A stretch of 64,000 bases of DNA from Hemiscyllium ocellatum (Eukaryota), in assembly GCF_020745735.1 (NCBI RefSeq), contig NC_083411.1:87158328-87222327 (forward strand). The letters are read 5' to 3'. Shown in pieces: positions 24,526 through 36,681 of this stretch; position 1 is the stretch's first letter; the number at the start of each line of letters is the position of its first letter. Made by a program: the position numbers and the translations under genes. The notes below the pieces were generated by a model that saw nothing but the letters and a program-made list of their open reading frames with translations, was not told the DNA's origin and did no database searches.

Positions 24526-26486
24526 TGACTTCAGGTTTATTTTCTTGCTATTTTATCTGACAAACACATTACACACTGAGCAGTGTTTGAGTGAAGAAGT
24601 TCCATATGATTGTCCAAAATGACATTTATAATCTGAACTTGTGCCCTCCCTGCTCCCTGATCTTTGTGGCTTTTCTCTGCATTGATGCCAGTATTTGAAG
24701 TGATCTCTTGTTTCTTGCAAAACAAAGCTAGATGCAATATTCAGGGTGTGATCGGACCATATTACTGGTTAGTAATTATAGAATGTCTTGCTCAACCAAA
24801 ATTTGGAGGTGCCAGTGTTGGATTGGGGTGGACAAAGTTAAAAATCATACAACACCAGGTTATAGTCCAACAGGTTTATTTGGAGGCTAATGCCTCCAAA
24901 GCATCCAATATGATGGCTTGCAGCACAAAATAGAACATACTTCACGGAGTAAGCAGTCCTTCTGCCAATGTTCATAGTTGGGCAAGTGATTCCCTAAATG
25001 AAATCCCACTTCTCACACTGATTTGCTTTAAAAACACAAAATTGAAGCCCCCTTTGTGAATTAATTGAATGTAATGTCCTTGCTTTGAAAATGAAAAGAT
25101 AATATAACTTAATTTCTTGCACTCAGCCCTACATGGCATTCAGTTCATTATAAAGCAATAAAGAATGATATTTCATTTACAGAATCTTTCGCATCTTCCA
25201 AGACATCCCAAACTAATCCACACTTATAATGTTTTCTCTAAGTGTAGCTTTTCTTTTCATTATAATCAAACCTGGCAGTCTATTAACTCCCAGCAAGGTT
25301 CCACAGACAGTAATGAGATAAACCAGCTAATCTTTTGGTGATGTTATTTGAAGAGTAAATGTGGTTGGGATGTGAGAAGAGTATATTTGATCTTCAAATT
25401 ATGATTTTAAAAAAAATCTAAGTATCAATTTGCAAGAGCAGACAGAGTCCCAGTTTTAACATCCCTTTGGAAAAACACCTTCGCAATGTGTCAGTATGGT
25501 GTTGAAATGGCAATGTAAGTCAGATCACTTACATGGGAATGGAACCACATTCTAGAGAAATGGACTACCATCAAATCAAGCCTGATATTGTTGACTTTCA
25601 TTGAACTTTTGTCCTATACCTATGCTGTAAATGTTTCAGCATGAAGTAAAGAATTTGGCTTGAGAGCTTACTGCAATTAAAAATACTTTTTTGTCCAATA
25701 GTTTAAGGATTTAACTTTAGATAAAATAATCCTTAGCTCAAATGTTGTTGCATCATTACATCAATTACTTTGAGCATATGTAATACAGTAAATCAGAAAG
25801 GTGATGCTATCAATCAAAGGAAAAGTTGAGAAAATGAATAAATAAGTTCCCAAATAATTCCATTAAAGAAAAACTTAACTCATTCCTTTTTGTTTTTTTT
25901 TCACTATGGTGTAAGGGGACATAATATATTGCTGAAGCATGTACATTTTGTTTAGAATTTCAAAGATATAGCTTACTCGACATAAAATTCCCTTTGGGGT
26001 GGAAGAGAGGATCTGTGGTTTGTTATGTCACTCCACTAACTGTGTTCCTAATCTAAGTCTGACTATTGGGTTTTAGACTGGAGGGAGGAACACTGAAGAG
26101 CAGGTTGATCTGTCTTCTGTCACTTTTGTTCACGTACTTCATTGCAGGATACAGTGACGATGATCTTTATGCATTCAGTTTTTTTGGATCATGCTTTGTA
26201 CATTGTTTTGAGGATGCAATGGGAACATAATTTACAATGGATTTAAAGTAATGTGTAAAAGTATTTATAGCAGGGCTGGGGTGAAGAAGCTTAAAAGATC
26301 TCACACAAAGGTTTGCCTAAGTAAGGTTTACCAAAATCTATGAATTCTGAATCTTCGTTATATCAAATATCGACGGCAGAGCACGCAGAATTTAATTTTA
26401 TTGGCAAAACTATGACAAAACTCAGTCTTTTGAGGGACAGGGCAGGTTCCAAGAATTGTTGTCTTTGTTATTGAATGAATTAGTTC

Positions 26487-27110
26487 ATAGAGTTATAGAG
26501 ATGTATAGCATGGAAACAGACCCTTTGGTCCAATCTGCCGTCCAGATATCCTAAATTAATCTCGTCTCATTTGCCAGCACTTGGCCCATATCCCTCTAAA
26601 CCCGTCCTATTCACGTACTCATCCAGATGCCTTTTAAATGTTATAATTGTACCAGCCTCCACCACTTCCTCTGGCAGCTCATTCCATACATTCACCACCT
26701 TTTGTATGAAAATGTTATCCCTTAGGTCCCTTTAAAATCTCTCGCTTCTCACCCTAAACGTATGCCCACTAGTTCTGGATTCCCCCAGCCCAGTGAAATG
26801 ACTTTGTCTATTTACTCTATCCATGCCCCTCATGATTTTATAAACCTCTAAGGTTTATAAACCTCAGCCTCTAATGCTCCAAGGAAAATAGCCCCAGCTT
26901 ATACAGCTTCTCACTATAGCTCAAACTCTCCAACCCTGGCAACATCTTGTAAAATCTTTTCTGAATTCTTTCAAGTTTCACAACATTCTTCCTCTAGGAA
27001 GGAGGCCAGAATTGCACACAATATTCCAAAAGTTGCCCAACCATTGTCCTGTACAGCTGCAACATGGCCTCCCAACTCCTAGACCCAATGCTGTGATCAA
27101 TAGGGAAAAA
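26487..27110 (-). mobile_element. CR1 3' fragment
   Basis: CATAGAG-type tail; ORF2 C-terminal homology. Confidence 0.8.
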
Positions 27111-27244
27111 CATGCTAATTTGATATATTTTCTCTGGTGTTTATGCCAAAAACAATATAGACGTTTTGCCCAAGATCTTGCAGTAGATAAGAAGGCAGTC
27201 ATTTCAAAGTTTTTTTTAAAAAAAGCAGAGTACTGTTTTCGTTA

Positions 27245-27570
27245 GTGGAGATGGTAATGTAGCAGTAATGTCACTGACCAGAGATCCATTCTAATGCTCT
27301 GGTTTGGGACCATGGACTTGAATCCCACCAGACTGTGAAATTTGTTTTCCAGATAAAATTTGAAATAAAGAGGCTACCCATAACAACCTATCTGATTCAT
27401 TAATGTCCTTTAGAAAAGTAAATCTACCACCCTTACCCAGTCTGGCCTGCATGCAACTTCAACCAACAATATGTTTGACTCTTAATTGTCCTCTGAAATG
27501 ATCAATCGGTTCAAGGGCAGCTAGGGTTGGGAGGCCAATGTAATCAGGGTTCACATTTTGTACAAGAATA
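27245..27570 (+). mobile_element. Old Deu-domain-like SINE
   Basis: TAATGTCCTTTAGAAAAGTAAATCTACCACCCTTACCCAGTCTGGCC core. Confidence 0.6.
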
Positions 27571-27873
27571 AAGAAAATTCTGCATATCATTACAATATTT
27601 TTTATCCCATTACATTACTGAGCCATAATTTAGAAAGTTGTGTTAAGAGCTGCCCTTTTGAATACAAAATCTTATTTAATTCATGTTAATCTTCCAAAGA
27701 GAAAACCAAATGAGAAATTTTAGCTGCAACTAGGTATGATTATTTAAAACCATGATCATACTGTAGAAATGCAAAATCTACTTTTTTTTTTCGACTTATT
27801 TTTGGTTGCAAATGGTTTTATATAGTGTTACTCGAAAGAAGAAACCTAATCTATTTTTTCTATCTTTTTGTAG

Positions 27874-27992
27874 CCTGTGACAATGCTGTAGAGTTGCTTT
27901 TCAATGCAGTTATGCATTTGGGATGCAAACCCTATCTGGATAGTCAACGTGCCACATGCAAGTGTGCATATGAGGAAAAAGTCGACCTTTGA
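27874..27992 (+). CDS. PLA2G12A: PLA2G12A coding exon 4 (to stop)
   Basis: Acceptor tctttttgtag ends 27873; encodes (A)CDNAVELLFNAVMHLGCKPYLDSQRATCKCAYEEKVDL then TGA; total CDS 199+77+166+119=561 nt = 186 aa + stop. Confidence 0.96.
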
Positions 27993-29430
27993 TGTAAAGA
28001 TTGATATTTTTTTCTCAATAAGATATGCCTTTCCCTTGGAGCTGAAAAATTCAACTTTTCTCGGGACACTTAATTACAGATTAATGAAAAAAATGTTTAA
28101 AATTGTCTAACAAATTCTGTTGTTTGGAAGATTTTCATCCAATGTTCAATGTTCTTTCTATTTTATGTATCTAAGTTAATGTTACTCAAGATGTGAATTA
28201 TTATATGTTGTCTGGTATGGTGTTTTAAGATGCAGCATACTAGGGCATGGTTTTAAAGGCAATATGCTCATGCACTGAATTCCATCTCTTTTTATGTGGA
28301 CCTTGTTAAAAAGAAACACTTTTTGCTCTCTTGGTCTTATCCCACGCTAAACAAAGAAGACAAATGAATTAACTGACCATGTTCATGCACTACTTCGTGG
28401 CAGATTTCTCCATGACACCTCATTGGAAATTATACTGGGCTGTGATACTCAAAGCTTTAAGTTGCAAAAATTCAATAGTTGTGGATGGTTTTCAAAAATT
28501 TCAGATGGATCTTAAATCAAGATTAACTGAACGTCTTCTATAATTCAAGTAGAGAAAAACACAGTTAAGATTTTAAGTTGAATGTCATTCCAAGAAGAAC
28601 CTTATTCAGCATTAACTTTGATTTTCTCTCCACAGGAACTGCCAGATCTGAGTATTTTCAGCGTTTTCTGTTGGTTGGAATCCCATGCATTTGAAAATTA
28701 ATGTTCTGACTAGCTGTGACATGCAATGTGAAATAATGAATTGTGAAATGGTTAGCAACCCAGATAATTGAGTGAATGATTGTGAGCATATTGCTGGAAA
28801 TCGGAAGTGAGAAAAATTAGATCTTAAGTTCGTTTAGTGTTTCCTTTCATATGTTTGAATATTTGGTCCAAGGTGAGACTATCTTGCTAATAGTTTTCAT
28901 TTTTTTCTGTCCCTTGATAGCAACTTGTGATTTTTGCTTCCCTTTTGATAATTTGGGATGTTCAAATTTTGTTTTCGGTAATAAAGAATTTGTATTAAAG
29001 AGTTTAAATTTACTTGACATCTTTTACAATCTTCAAACATCTCCGAATACTTCACAACTATTGAGTCACTTTGAAAGTATGCAAATGTAGGGAAATATGT
29101 GAGCCACTTTGCAAACAATGTATTGCCACAAACCGCAGTGGGATATAGCACCAATTAGTCAGTTTTAATGAATAAGAATGAATTTTGACCTGGATGCAGG
29201 GAGATTTCCTTCATTGCTTGAAAAGAGACATGAAATATAAATAACATTTGAAGAGGTGAGGCATAAATTTTCAATGGAAAATTCATGAAACAGTTGGTAA
29301 ATTTGACTGTCAATCTAGATTGTACACCAAAACCCTCATTTTTATTTCTCTTTATGCAAATGAATTTTGTATCTTTTTAAACTCCAATTTAAAATGTTTA
29401 ATTTTGAATTAAAATACTATTGCTTTAGAA
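27993..29430 (+). other. Probable PLA2G12A 3' UTR
   Basis: AT-rich sequence after the stop; candidate poly(A) signals AATAAA ~28980 and ATTAAA 29408-29413. Confidence 0.4.
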
Positions 29431-29614
29431 CATTCACTCATTTGTACCCTGCACATTGGCTTATTGTCTGTTGATATTTCATTCTGAGCTGTTTTCTAGG
29501 TAGATTTTTTAAATGGTGGTTTGCCATTGCTTTCCACTTTAGGTTAGGTCCCAACTCCTATCTTATGGAATAGGAATCAAGCCCACATCAGTTAATTGTG
29601 AAATCTACCACATT

Positions 29615-32600
29615 TAGATAATAGACAATAGGTGCAGGAGTAAGCCATTCTGCCCTTCGAGCCTTCTGCCCACCACCATTCAATATGATCATGGCTGATC
29701 ATCCTTAATCAGTATCCTGTTCCTGCCTTATCTCCATAACCCTTGATTCCACAATCCTTGAGAGCTCTATCCAACTCTTACTTAAATGAATCCAGAGACT
29801 GGGCCTCCACTGCTCTCTGGGGCAGAGCATTCCACACAGTCACCAGCCTCTGGGTGAAGAAGTTTCTCCTCATCTCTGTCCTAAATGGTCTACCCCGTAT
29901 TATTAAGCTGTGTCCTCTGGTTCGGCACTCACCCATCAGCGGAAACATGTTTCCTGCCTCCAGAGTGTCCAATCCTTTAATAATCTTATATATCTCAATC
30001 ATATCCCCTCTCAGTCTTCTAAACTCAAGGGTTTACAAGCCCAGTTGCTCCAGTCTTTCAGTGTAAGGTAATCCCGCCATTCCAGGAATTGACCTCGTGA
30101 ACCTACGCTGCACTCCCTCAATAGCCAGAATGTCTTTCCTCAAATTTGGAGACCAGAACTGCACACAGTACTCCAGGTGTGGTCTCACCAGGGCCCTGTA
30201 CAGCTGCAGAAGAACCTCTTTGCTTCTATACTCAATCCCCAGCATGCTATTAGCCTTCTTCACTACCTGCTGTACCTGAATGCTTACCTTCATTGACTGG
30301 TGTACTAGAATACCCAGATCCCTTTACCTAAATTGATTCCATTTAGGTAGTAATCTGCCTTCCTGTTCTTGCCACCGAAGGGGATAACTATACATTTATC
30401 TACATTAAACTGCATCTGCCATGCATCTGACCACTCACCTAACTTGTCCAGGTCACCCTGTAATCTCCTAACATCCACCCTGCCACCCAGCTTAGTATCA
30501 TCAGCAAATTTGCTAATGTTATTACTAATACCATCTTCTATATCATTAACATATATTGTAAAAAGTTGCGGTCCCAGCACTGATCCCTGGGTACCCCACT
30601 GGTCCCTGCCTGCCATTCCGAAATGGAGCCATTTATCACTTCTCTTTGTTTCCTATCAGCCAACCAACTTTCAATCCAAGTTCATACTTTGCCCCCAATA
30701 CCATGCACCCTAATTTTGCTCACTAACCTCCTGTGTGGGACTTTATCAAAAGCTTTCTGAAAGTCCAGGTACACTACATCTACTGGATCTCCCTCGTCCA
30801 TCTTCAGAGTTACATCCTCAAAAAATTCCAGAAGATTAGTCAAGCATGATTTCCCCTTCATAAATCCATGCTGACTCTGATCTATCCTGTTACTACTATC
30901 CAGATGTGTCGTAATTTCATCCTTTATAATAGACTCCAGCATCTTTCCCACCACTGAGGTCAGACTAACTGGTCTATAATTTCCTGTTTTCTCTCTCCCA
31001 CCTTTCTTAAAAAGTGGTATAACATTAGCCACCCTCCAATCCGAAGGAACTGATCCTGAATCTATCGAACTCTGGAAAATAATCACCAACGCATCCATGA
31101 TTTCTCGATCCACCTCCTTCAGTACCCTGGGATGTAGACCATCAGGCCCTGGGGACTTATCAACCTTCAGACCTAACAGTCTCTCCAACACCAATTCCTG
31201 GCAAATATAAATTCCCTTTAGTACAGGTCCTTCAGCCACTGTTACCTCAGGGAGATTGCTTGTGTCTTCCCCAGCGAATACAGATGTGAAGTACCAATTC
31301 AATTCTTCTGCCATTTCTTTGTTCCCTGTAATATATTCCCCTGTTTCTGTCTTCAAGGGCCCAATTTTAGTCTTAACCATTTTTTTCCCTTTCACATACC
31401 TAAAAAAACTTTTACTATCCTCCTTTATATTTTTGGCCGGTTTACCTTCGTACCTCATTTTTTCTCTGCGTATTTCCTTCTTAGTAATCCTTTGTTGTTC
31501 TTTAAAAGCTTCCCAATCCTCCGTTTTCCCATTTATCTTTGCTATGTTATACTTTTTCTCTTTTAACTTTATATGTTTCTTAACTTCCCTTGTCAGCCAC
31601 AGCCACCCATGCCTCCTCCTAGGATCTTTCTTCCTTTTTGGAATGAACTGATCCTGCAACTTCTGCATTATACACCGAAATATCCACCATTGTTCCTCCA
31701 CTGTCATCCCTGCTAAGGTATTGAACCATTGAACTTTGGCCAGCTCCTCCTCATAGCTCCATAGTTCCCTTTATTCAACTGAAAAATTGTCACTTCCGAT
31801 TGTACCCTCTCCCTCTCAAATTGCAGATTGAAGCTTATTGTATTATGGTCACTACTTCCCAATGGCTCCTTCACTTTGAGGTCCCTGACCAATTCTGGTT
31901 TGTTGCACAATACCAGATCCAGAATTGCCTTCTCCCTGGTCAGCTGCAGCACCAGCTGTTCTAAGAATCCATCTCTGAGGCACTCCACAAAGTCTCTTTC
32001 TTGAGGTCCAATACCATCCTGATTCTCCCAGTCTACCTGCATGTTGAAATACCCATAACAACTGTAGTAACATCTTTGCGACAGGCCAATTTCAGCTCCT
32101 GATTTAACTTACATCGGAGATCCAGACTACTGTTTGGGGGCCTGTAGACAACTCTCAAGAGGGTCTTTTTACCCTTAGTATTTCTCAGCTCTATCCACAC
32201 TGACTCTACATCCCCTGATTCTAGGTCCCCCCGTGCAAGGGACTGAATATCATCCCTTACCAACATGGCCACCCCACCCCCTCTGCCCGTCAGTCTGTCT
32301 TTGCGATAGCACGTGTAGCCTTGAATATTCATTTCCCAGGCCCTGTCCACTTGAAGCCACGTATGTTATCTCCACAATATCATATCTGCCAATTTCCAAA
32401 AGAGCCTCAAGGTCGTCCATCTTATTTCTAATGCTTCGTGCATTCATGTATAGTATTTTTAATTTGTTACTGCCCTCACCCTTTCCATCAACTCCTATTT
32501 CACTCAACCTTACAGCATGATCCCTTTCTGAGTTTTCTGTCTCATTGATACAGTTATCTTTCTTGACTTCCCTTGTTCTAACTTTACCTTCAATTTCCTT

Positions 32601-33851
32601 CTTAAACGTGCAGTTTGTCCCCTCCCCCCTGCTACTTAGTTTAAACGTAGCTGTGTTGCAGTCGCAAAACTGCCTGCCAGAATGGTGGTCCCTAACCTAT
32701 TAAGGTGCAAATGTTTCTCTTGTAGAATTTATGCTTACCACAAAACATACCCCAGTGATCCAAGAATTTAAATCCTTGCTTTCTGCACCATTTCCCCAGC
32801 CACACATTCAAGTCCATTATCTCCCTGTTCCTGGCCTCACCAGCCCGAGGAACTGGAAGCAAACCGGAGATAACCACCTTGGACGTCCTGCTTTTCAGCC
32901 TTCTTCCTAGTTCTCCGAAGTCCTGCTGTGTTATGTTCCTCCTCTTCTTCCCGACATCATTTGTGCCGACATGTACCACCACCTCTGGCTCTTCACCTTC
33001 GTCCTTGAGGATTTCCTGCACTCTGTCTGTGATGTCTTTAACCCTGGCATCAGGAAGACAACACACCATCCTTAAGTTCCGTCTGCTGCCACAAAAACCC
33101 CGGTCAGCTCCTCTCACCATGGAGTCCCCTATTACCACGGCTCTGTGCCATGTCCGACTCTTCCGCTCTGTCTCCACGCCAATCTTTGATTGACAGACTT
33201 GGCCACCTCGCGGACTGGCAGTGTCATCTGTCTCTACTGTTTCCAAAAGATTCAACTTGATCCTGACAGGTACTTCCCCTGGGGTCTCTTGCACCTGTCT
33301 CCTCTCTGCCTTCCTCATCATCTGCTCTCTTCTGGTACGATTGGTGTAATAACCTCGCTGAAGGTCTTGTCCAGAAAGATCTCATTCTCTTGGATGAGGC
33401 TAAGGTCCTCGAGTTCTTTCATCAGTGCTGCGATATGCTCGGTCAGTGGCTGAACGTGCACACACTTTCCACACTTATACGAGCCAGACACACCAGAGTC
33501 GTTGACCTCCCACATCAAGCACGTAGCACACTGAACCAGCTTGGCAGTCATGTCTTCACCCTCTTAACTATGGCGTAATCGCTTCATTCAACCTCCTTGT
33601 CAAAGACTCCTGATCTAAACCTCACTCTTCAATCCACAGGAACTTCCTTGGACCCTCTTTTTGGGGCAAGTCTGTGGACTTTTAATTTAGGTTAGAGGAG
33701 GAGGGAGAGAGGGAGGCCCTACTTTGTAGGACCTGGGGTCTAGAACACACCCACTCAAATAATAATCACTTACCTTCCTGACCAGCTTTGCGCTCTGCCT
33801 TCACTTCTGCCCAGCTCCCGCCGCTCTCTGATGCGAAAAGACCGTTAGCGT
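29615..33851 (-). mobile_element. Near-full-length CR1 LINE (ORF1 zinc finger + SGNH esterase; ORF2 APE endonuclease + RT), frameshifted
   Basis: ORF1 33551-32692: CATC..CGKC, GDSMVRG, HVGTND; ORF2 ~32460-29760: LYMNARSI, NYRPVSLTS, YLDFQKAFDKVPH, QGSVLGP, FADD; short-repeat 3' tail at 29615; 5' UTR may continue beyond the LTR to ~34758. Confidence 0.93.
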
Positions 33852-34624
33852 TGTTGGGACAGATCCGTAGGGCCTCGTCTCCACGTGTTCTTTGGAAGGA
33901 GAGATCACACCGGCTAGAGTTTGGAGCAAAAACACCGTTTATTACAGAATCAAGACTGGCAAACTATACAACGAATTCAAAAGCATGCAATTCGTTGGAG
34001 AAGGCGTTCTGTCTTCCTCTACGGACCTGGAGCAGTTATACTTCGCGCTTCCTCGAGTTCCCGGTCAGGTTCCCCTCGTTCGGTTCTCTCATTGGTCGGT
34101 TCACCTGTCTGTGAAGGGATTAGTGTCTCTATTGGCTGCCCCGAGATACCTGTCCAGCTCCTGCTGTGCTGAACAATGGGTAGACATCCTGGGCTCAGCA
34201 GTTTCCGATCTTGTAATTTAAAAGTTTATTGTTTGGAAGGGTTTCCTCATTGCTATGCGCCTGGCTGTCTGGGCGTTCACAATAGTTCTCCATAGTTGAA
34301 TATACAGGTATTATCATTTAACACAGGACCCGAATGAGTTTTGACGTCAGCGGAGGCATTAGCAAGTACTTTATCAATCAAGTGTAGTATAGGTGCGATT
34401 TACACCATCCGATAGTTACCGGTTTCCTTTATTAACAATGAGATTGTAACAGGATGATCTGAAACTGACGGACATGTTCTAATCCCCAAGGAATGTGGCC
34501 TGCAGTGGCTGGGTTTACTTTACATGGCTGTGTTTTAGCTGGTACCTGACAGTGTCTGCTTTAATAATGGTGCTCCCCTCCCTAGCCCCAATGTAGGTAC
34601 CCCGATAGCAGATTCTCCCCAACA
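33852..34624 (-). mobile_element. Solo LTR (773 bp), ERV1- or Gypsy-type
   Basis: Terminal inverted repeat TGTTGGG...CCCAACA; 4-bp TSD GCGT (33848-33851 / 34625-34628); on the - strand CCAAT (34135, 34095), TATAA (34040) and AATAAA (33943) in U3-R order. Confidence 0.88.
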
Positions 34625-34807
34625 GCGTCGAGGTAAGTTCTTAAAGAATTGCATTTTTCTCTCCAACTACTACAAACAAATTATTTTCTTTCTCTTTAGG
34701 AATATGTTCGCTCCCCTTTGCTGTTTAATTTTACCTGGAGCCTACCTATGGCACTCTCCATTAAAAATTAACCAGTCTTAGAAATGTGCCGTTTTACTTT
34801 TGCTATA

Positions 34808-36400
34808 AGATATAGGACCAGAAGTAGGCCATTTGACTCATCATCTGTTCTGCAGTTCTTTGAGATCATGGCTGATATGATCATCCTTAATTCCATAACC
34901 CTTTTTTTTTCATGGCTTTTTCCCATAACCCTTGATTTCCTTAATAACGGAAAATCTATCATCTCAGCCATGGATATACCTAATGATTCAGCCTCTGCCG
35001 CTGTCTGTGGTAACAAATGCAGAGATTTACCATCCTCAGAGAAGAATTTCTTCACCTTTGTATTGCATTGACTACTAGTGGGCGGCACGGTGGCACAGTG
35101 GTTAGCACTGCTGTCTCACAGCGCCTGAGACCCGGGTTCAATTCCCGACTCAGGCGACTGACTGTGTGGAGTTTGCACGTTCTCCCCGTGTCTGCGTGGG
35201 TTTCCTCCGGGTGCTCCGGTTTCCTCCCACAGTCCAAAGATGTGCGGGTCAGGTGAATTGGCCATGCTAAATTGCCCGTAGTGTTAGGTAAGGGGTAAAT
35301 GTAGGGGTATGGGTGGGTTGCGCTTCGGCGGGTCGGTGTGGACTTGTTGAGCTGAAGGGCCTGTTTCCACACTGTAAGTAATCTAATCTAATCTAAACTA
35401 ATCCTTACTCTGGGATTTTGTCCTCTAATCCAAGATTCTCCCATACGGTGATACAGCCTCTCAGTATCCACCCTATTAAGCCTCCTAGAAATCTTAATGT
35501 TTCAATACGGTGTCTTCTCATATTTCTAAACTCCAATGAATACAAGCCCAATCCACTTACCCTCTCCTCAAAAGAAAATCTGCCCATGCCCAGAATCAAA
35601 TGAGTGAACCTTTTCGGGACTGTCTCCAAATGCTAGTGTATCTTTCCTTTAAGTAAATGACCAGCTATTCGCAGGATTCTTGGTGTGGTCTACAAAACTT
35701 TTCTGTTTTTATACTCCATTCCCTTTGAAGTAAAGGCCAACATTCAATTTGTCTTCCTTGTTATAAGATGAACTTTTTGTGATTAATGATGCAGACCCCA
35801 AAGTCTCTCTGTGCCATGGTTTTCTGCAATCTTTCTCTATTTAACTAAATTTCAGCTCCTCTTTTTCATGCCAAATGCAGAACTTCATATTTTGCCACAT
35901 TATATTCCATCTGCCAAACTTGTACAAAATAACACAACCTGCCTATATCGCTGTGCAGACTCTCTCATCCTCACCACTTATCTTCCCACCTATTTTTGTG
36001 TCCTCCGCAAACTTTGTGCTCGTGCATTCGTTTTCCTCATCCAAGTCTTTAATATATTGTAAATAATTATGGTCCCAAAACTGTCCCTGTGGATCTTCCT
36101 TATTCCACCCCTGTCTTCTGCTGGGTAGCTAATCCTCTATCCATGATCATATACTAGCCCCATCACCGTATTAATTAGTGGCTTATATTATGTAGCCTCG
36201 CGCTATTAAAACACCTTTTGGAAATCCAAATATATTACTGTAATGGTTCCCCTTTATCTATCCTACTTGTTATTGCATCAAAGAATCCTAATAAAAATAT
36301 CAGGCGTGATTTCCCCTTCATGAAGCCACACTGACTCTGTTTGGTTATAATATGTATTTCTAAATGCTCTGCTGTTACATGCTTTATAATTGACTGTAAA
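34808..36400 (-). mobile_element. Old CR1 fragment hosting the V-SINE
   Basis: GLYSLEFR motif and RT remnants. Confidence 0.7.
35080..35396 (+). mobile_element. Young HE1-like V-SINE (tRNA head, V domain, CR1-type tail)
   Basis: A box TGGCACAGTGG, B box GGTTCAATTCC, V-domain GGAGTTTGCACGTTCTCCCCGTGTCTGCGTGGGTTTCCTCCGGG, (TAATC)n tail, CpGs retained; inserted in an older CR1 fragment. Confidence 0.9.
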
Positions 36401-36681
36401 ATTTTCATTAACATGTGTTTTGTGATTATTTCACATTTTAAACTGCTGTTTTCCAGTGCAACATTAAATATATCTTAGGGGCTGGTGTTTCTATTAGTTT
36501 TTTTCACTCTTGATTTTTGCAGTGAGAAATACAGTGAACAAACTAACATTAACGCCAACCCCAAAGTTTTAGGCACCTCCAAGTTCTTGGACATGGTGGT
36601 GGAGGGGAACCTTAAAAGAAGAAACAATTCTGACAGGAGTAATATAATAGGATACTTACCGTTAATTGGCTGTCATACTTT

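Noticed and set aside
35080-35155. tRNA gene
   Set aside because: It is the tRNA-derived head of a V-SINE, continuing into V domain and LINE tail
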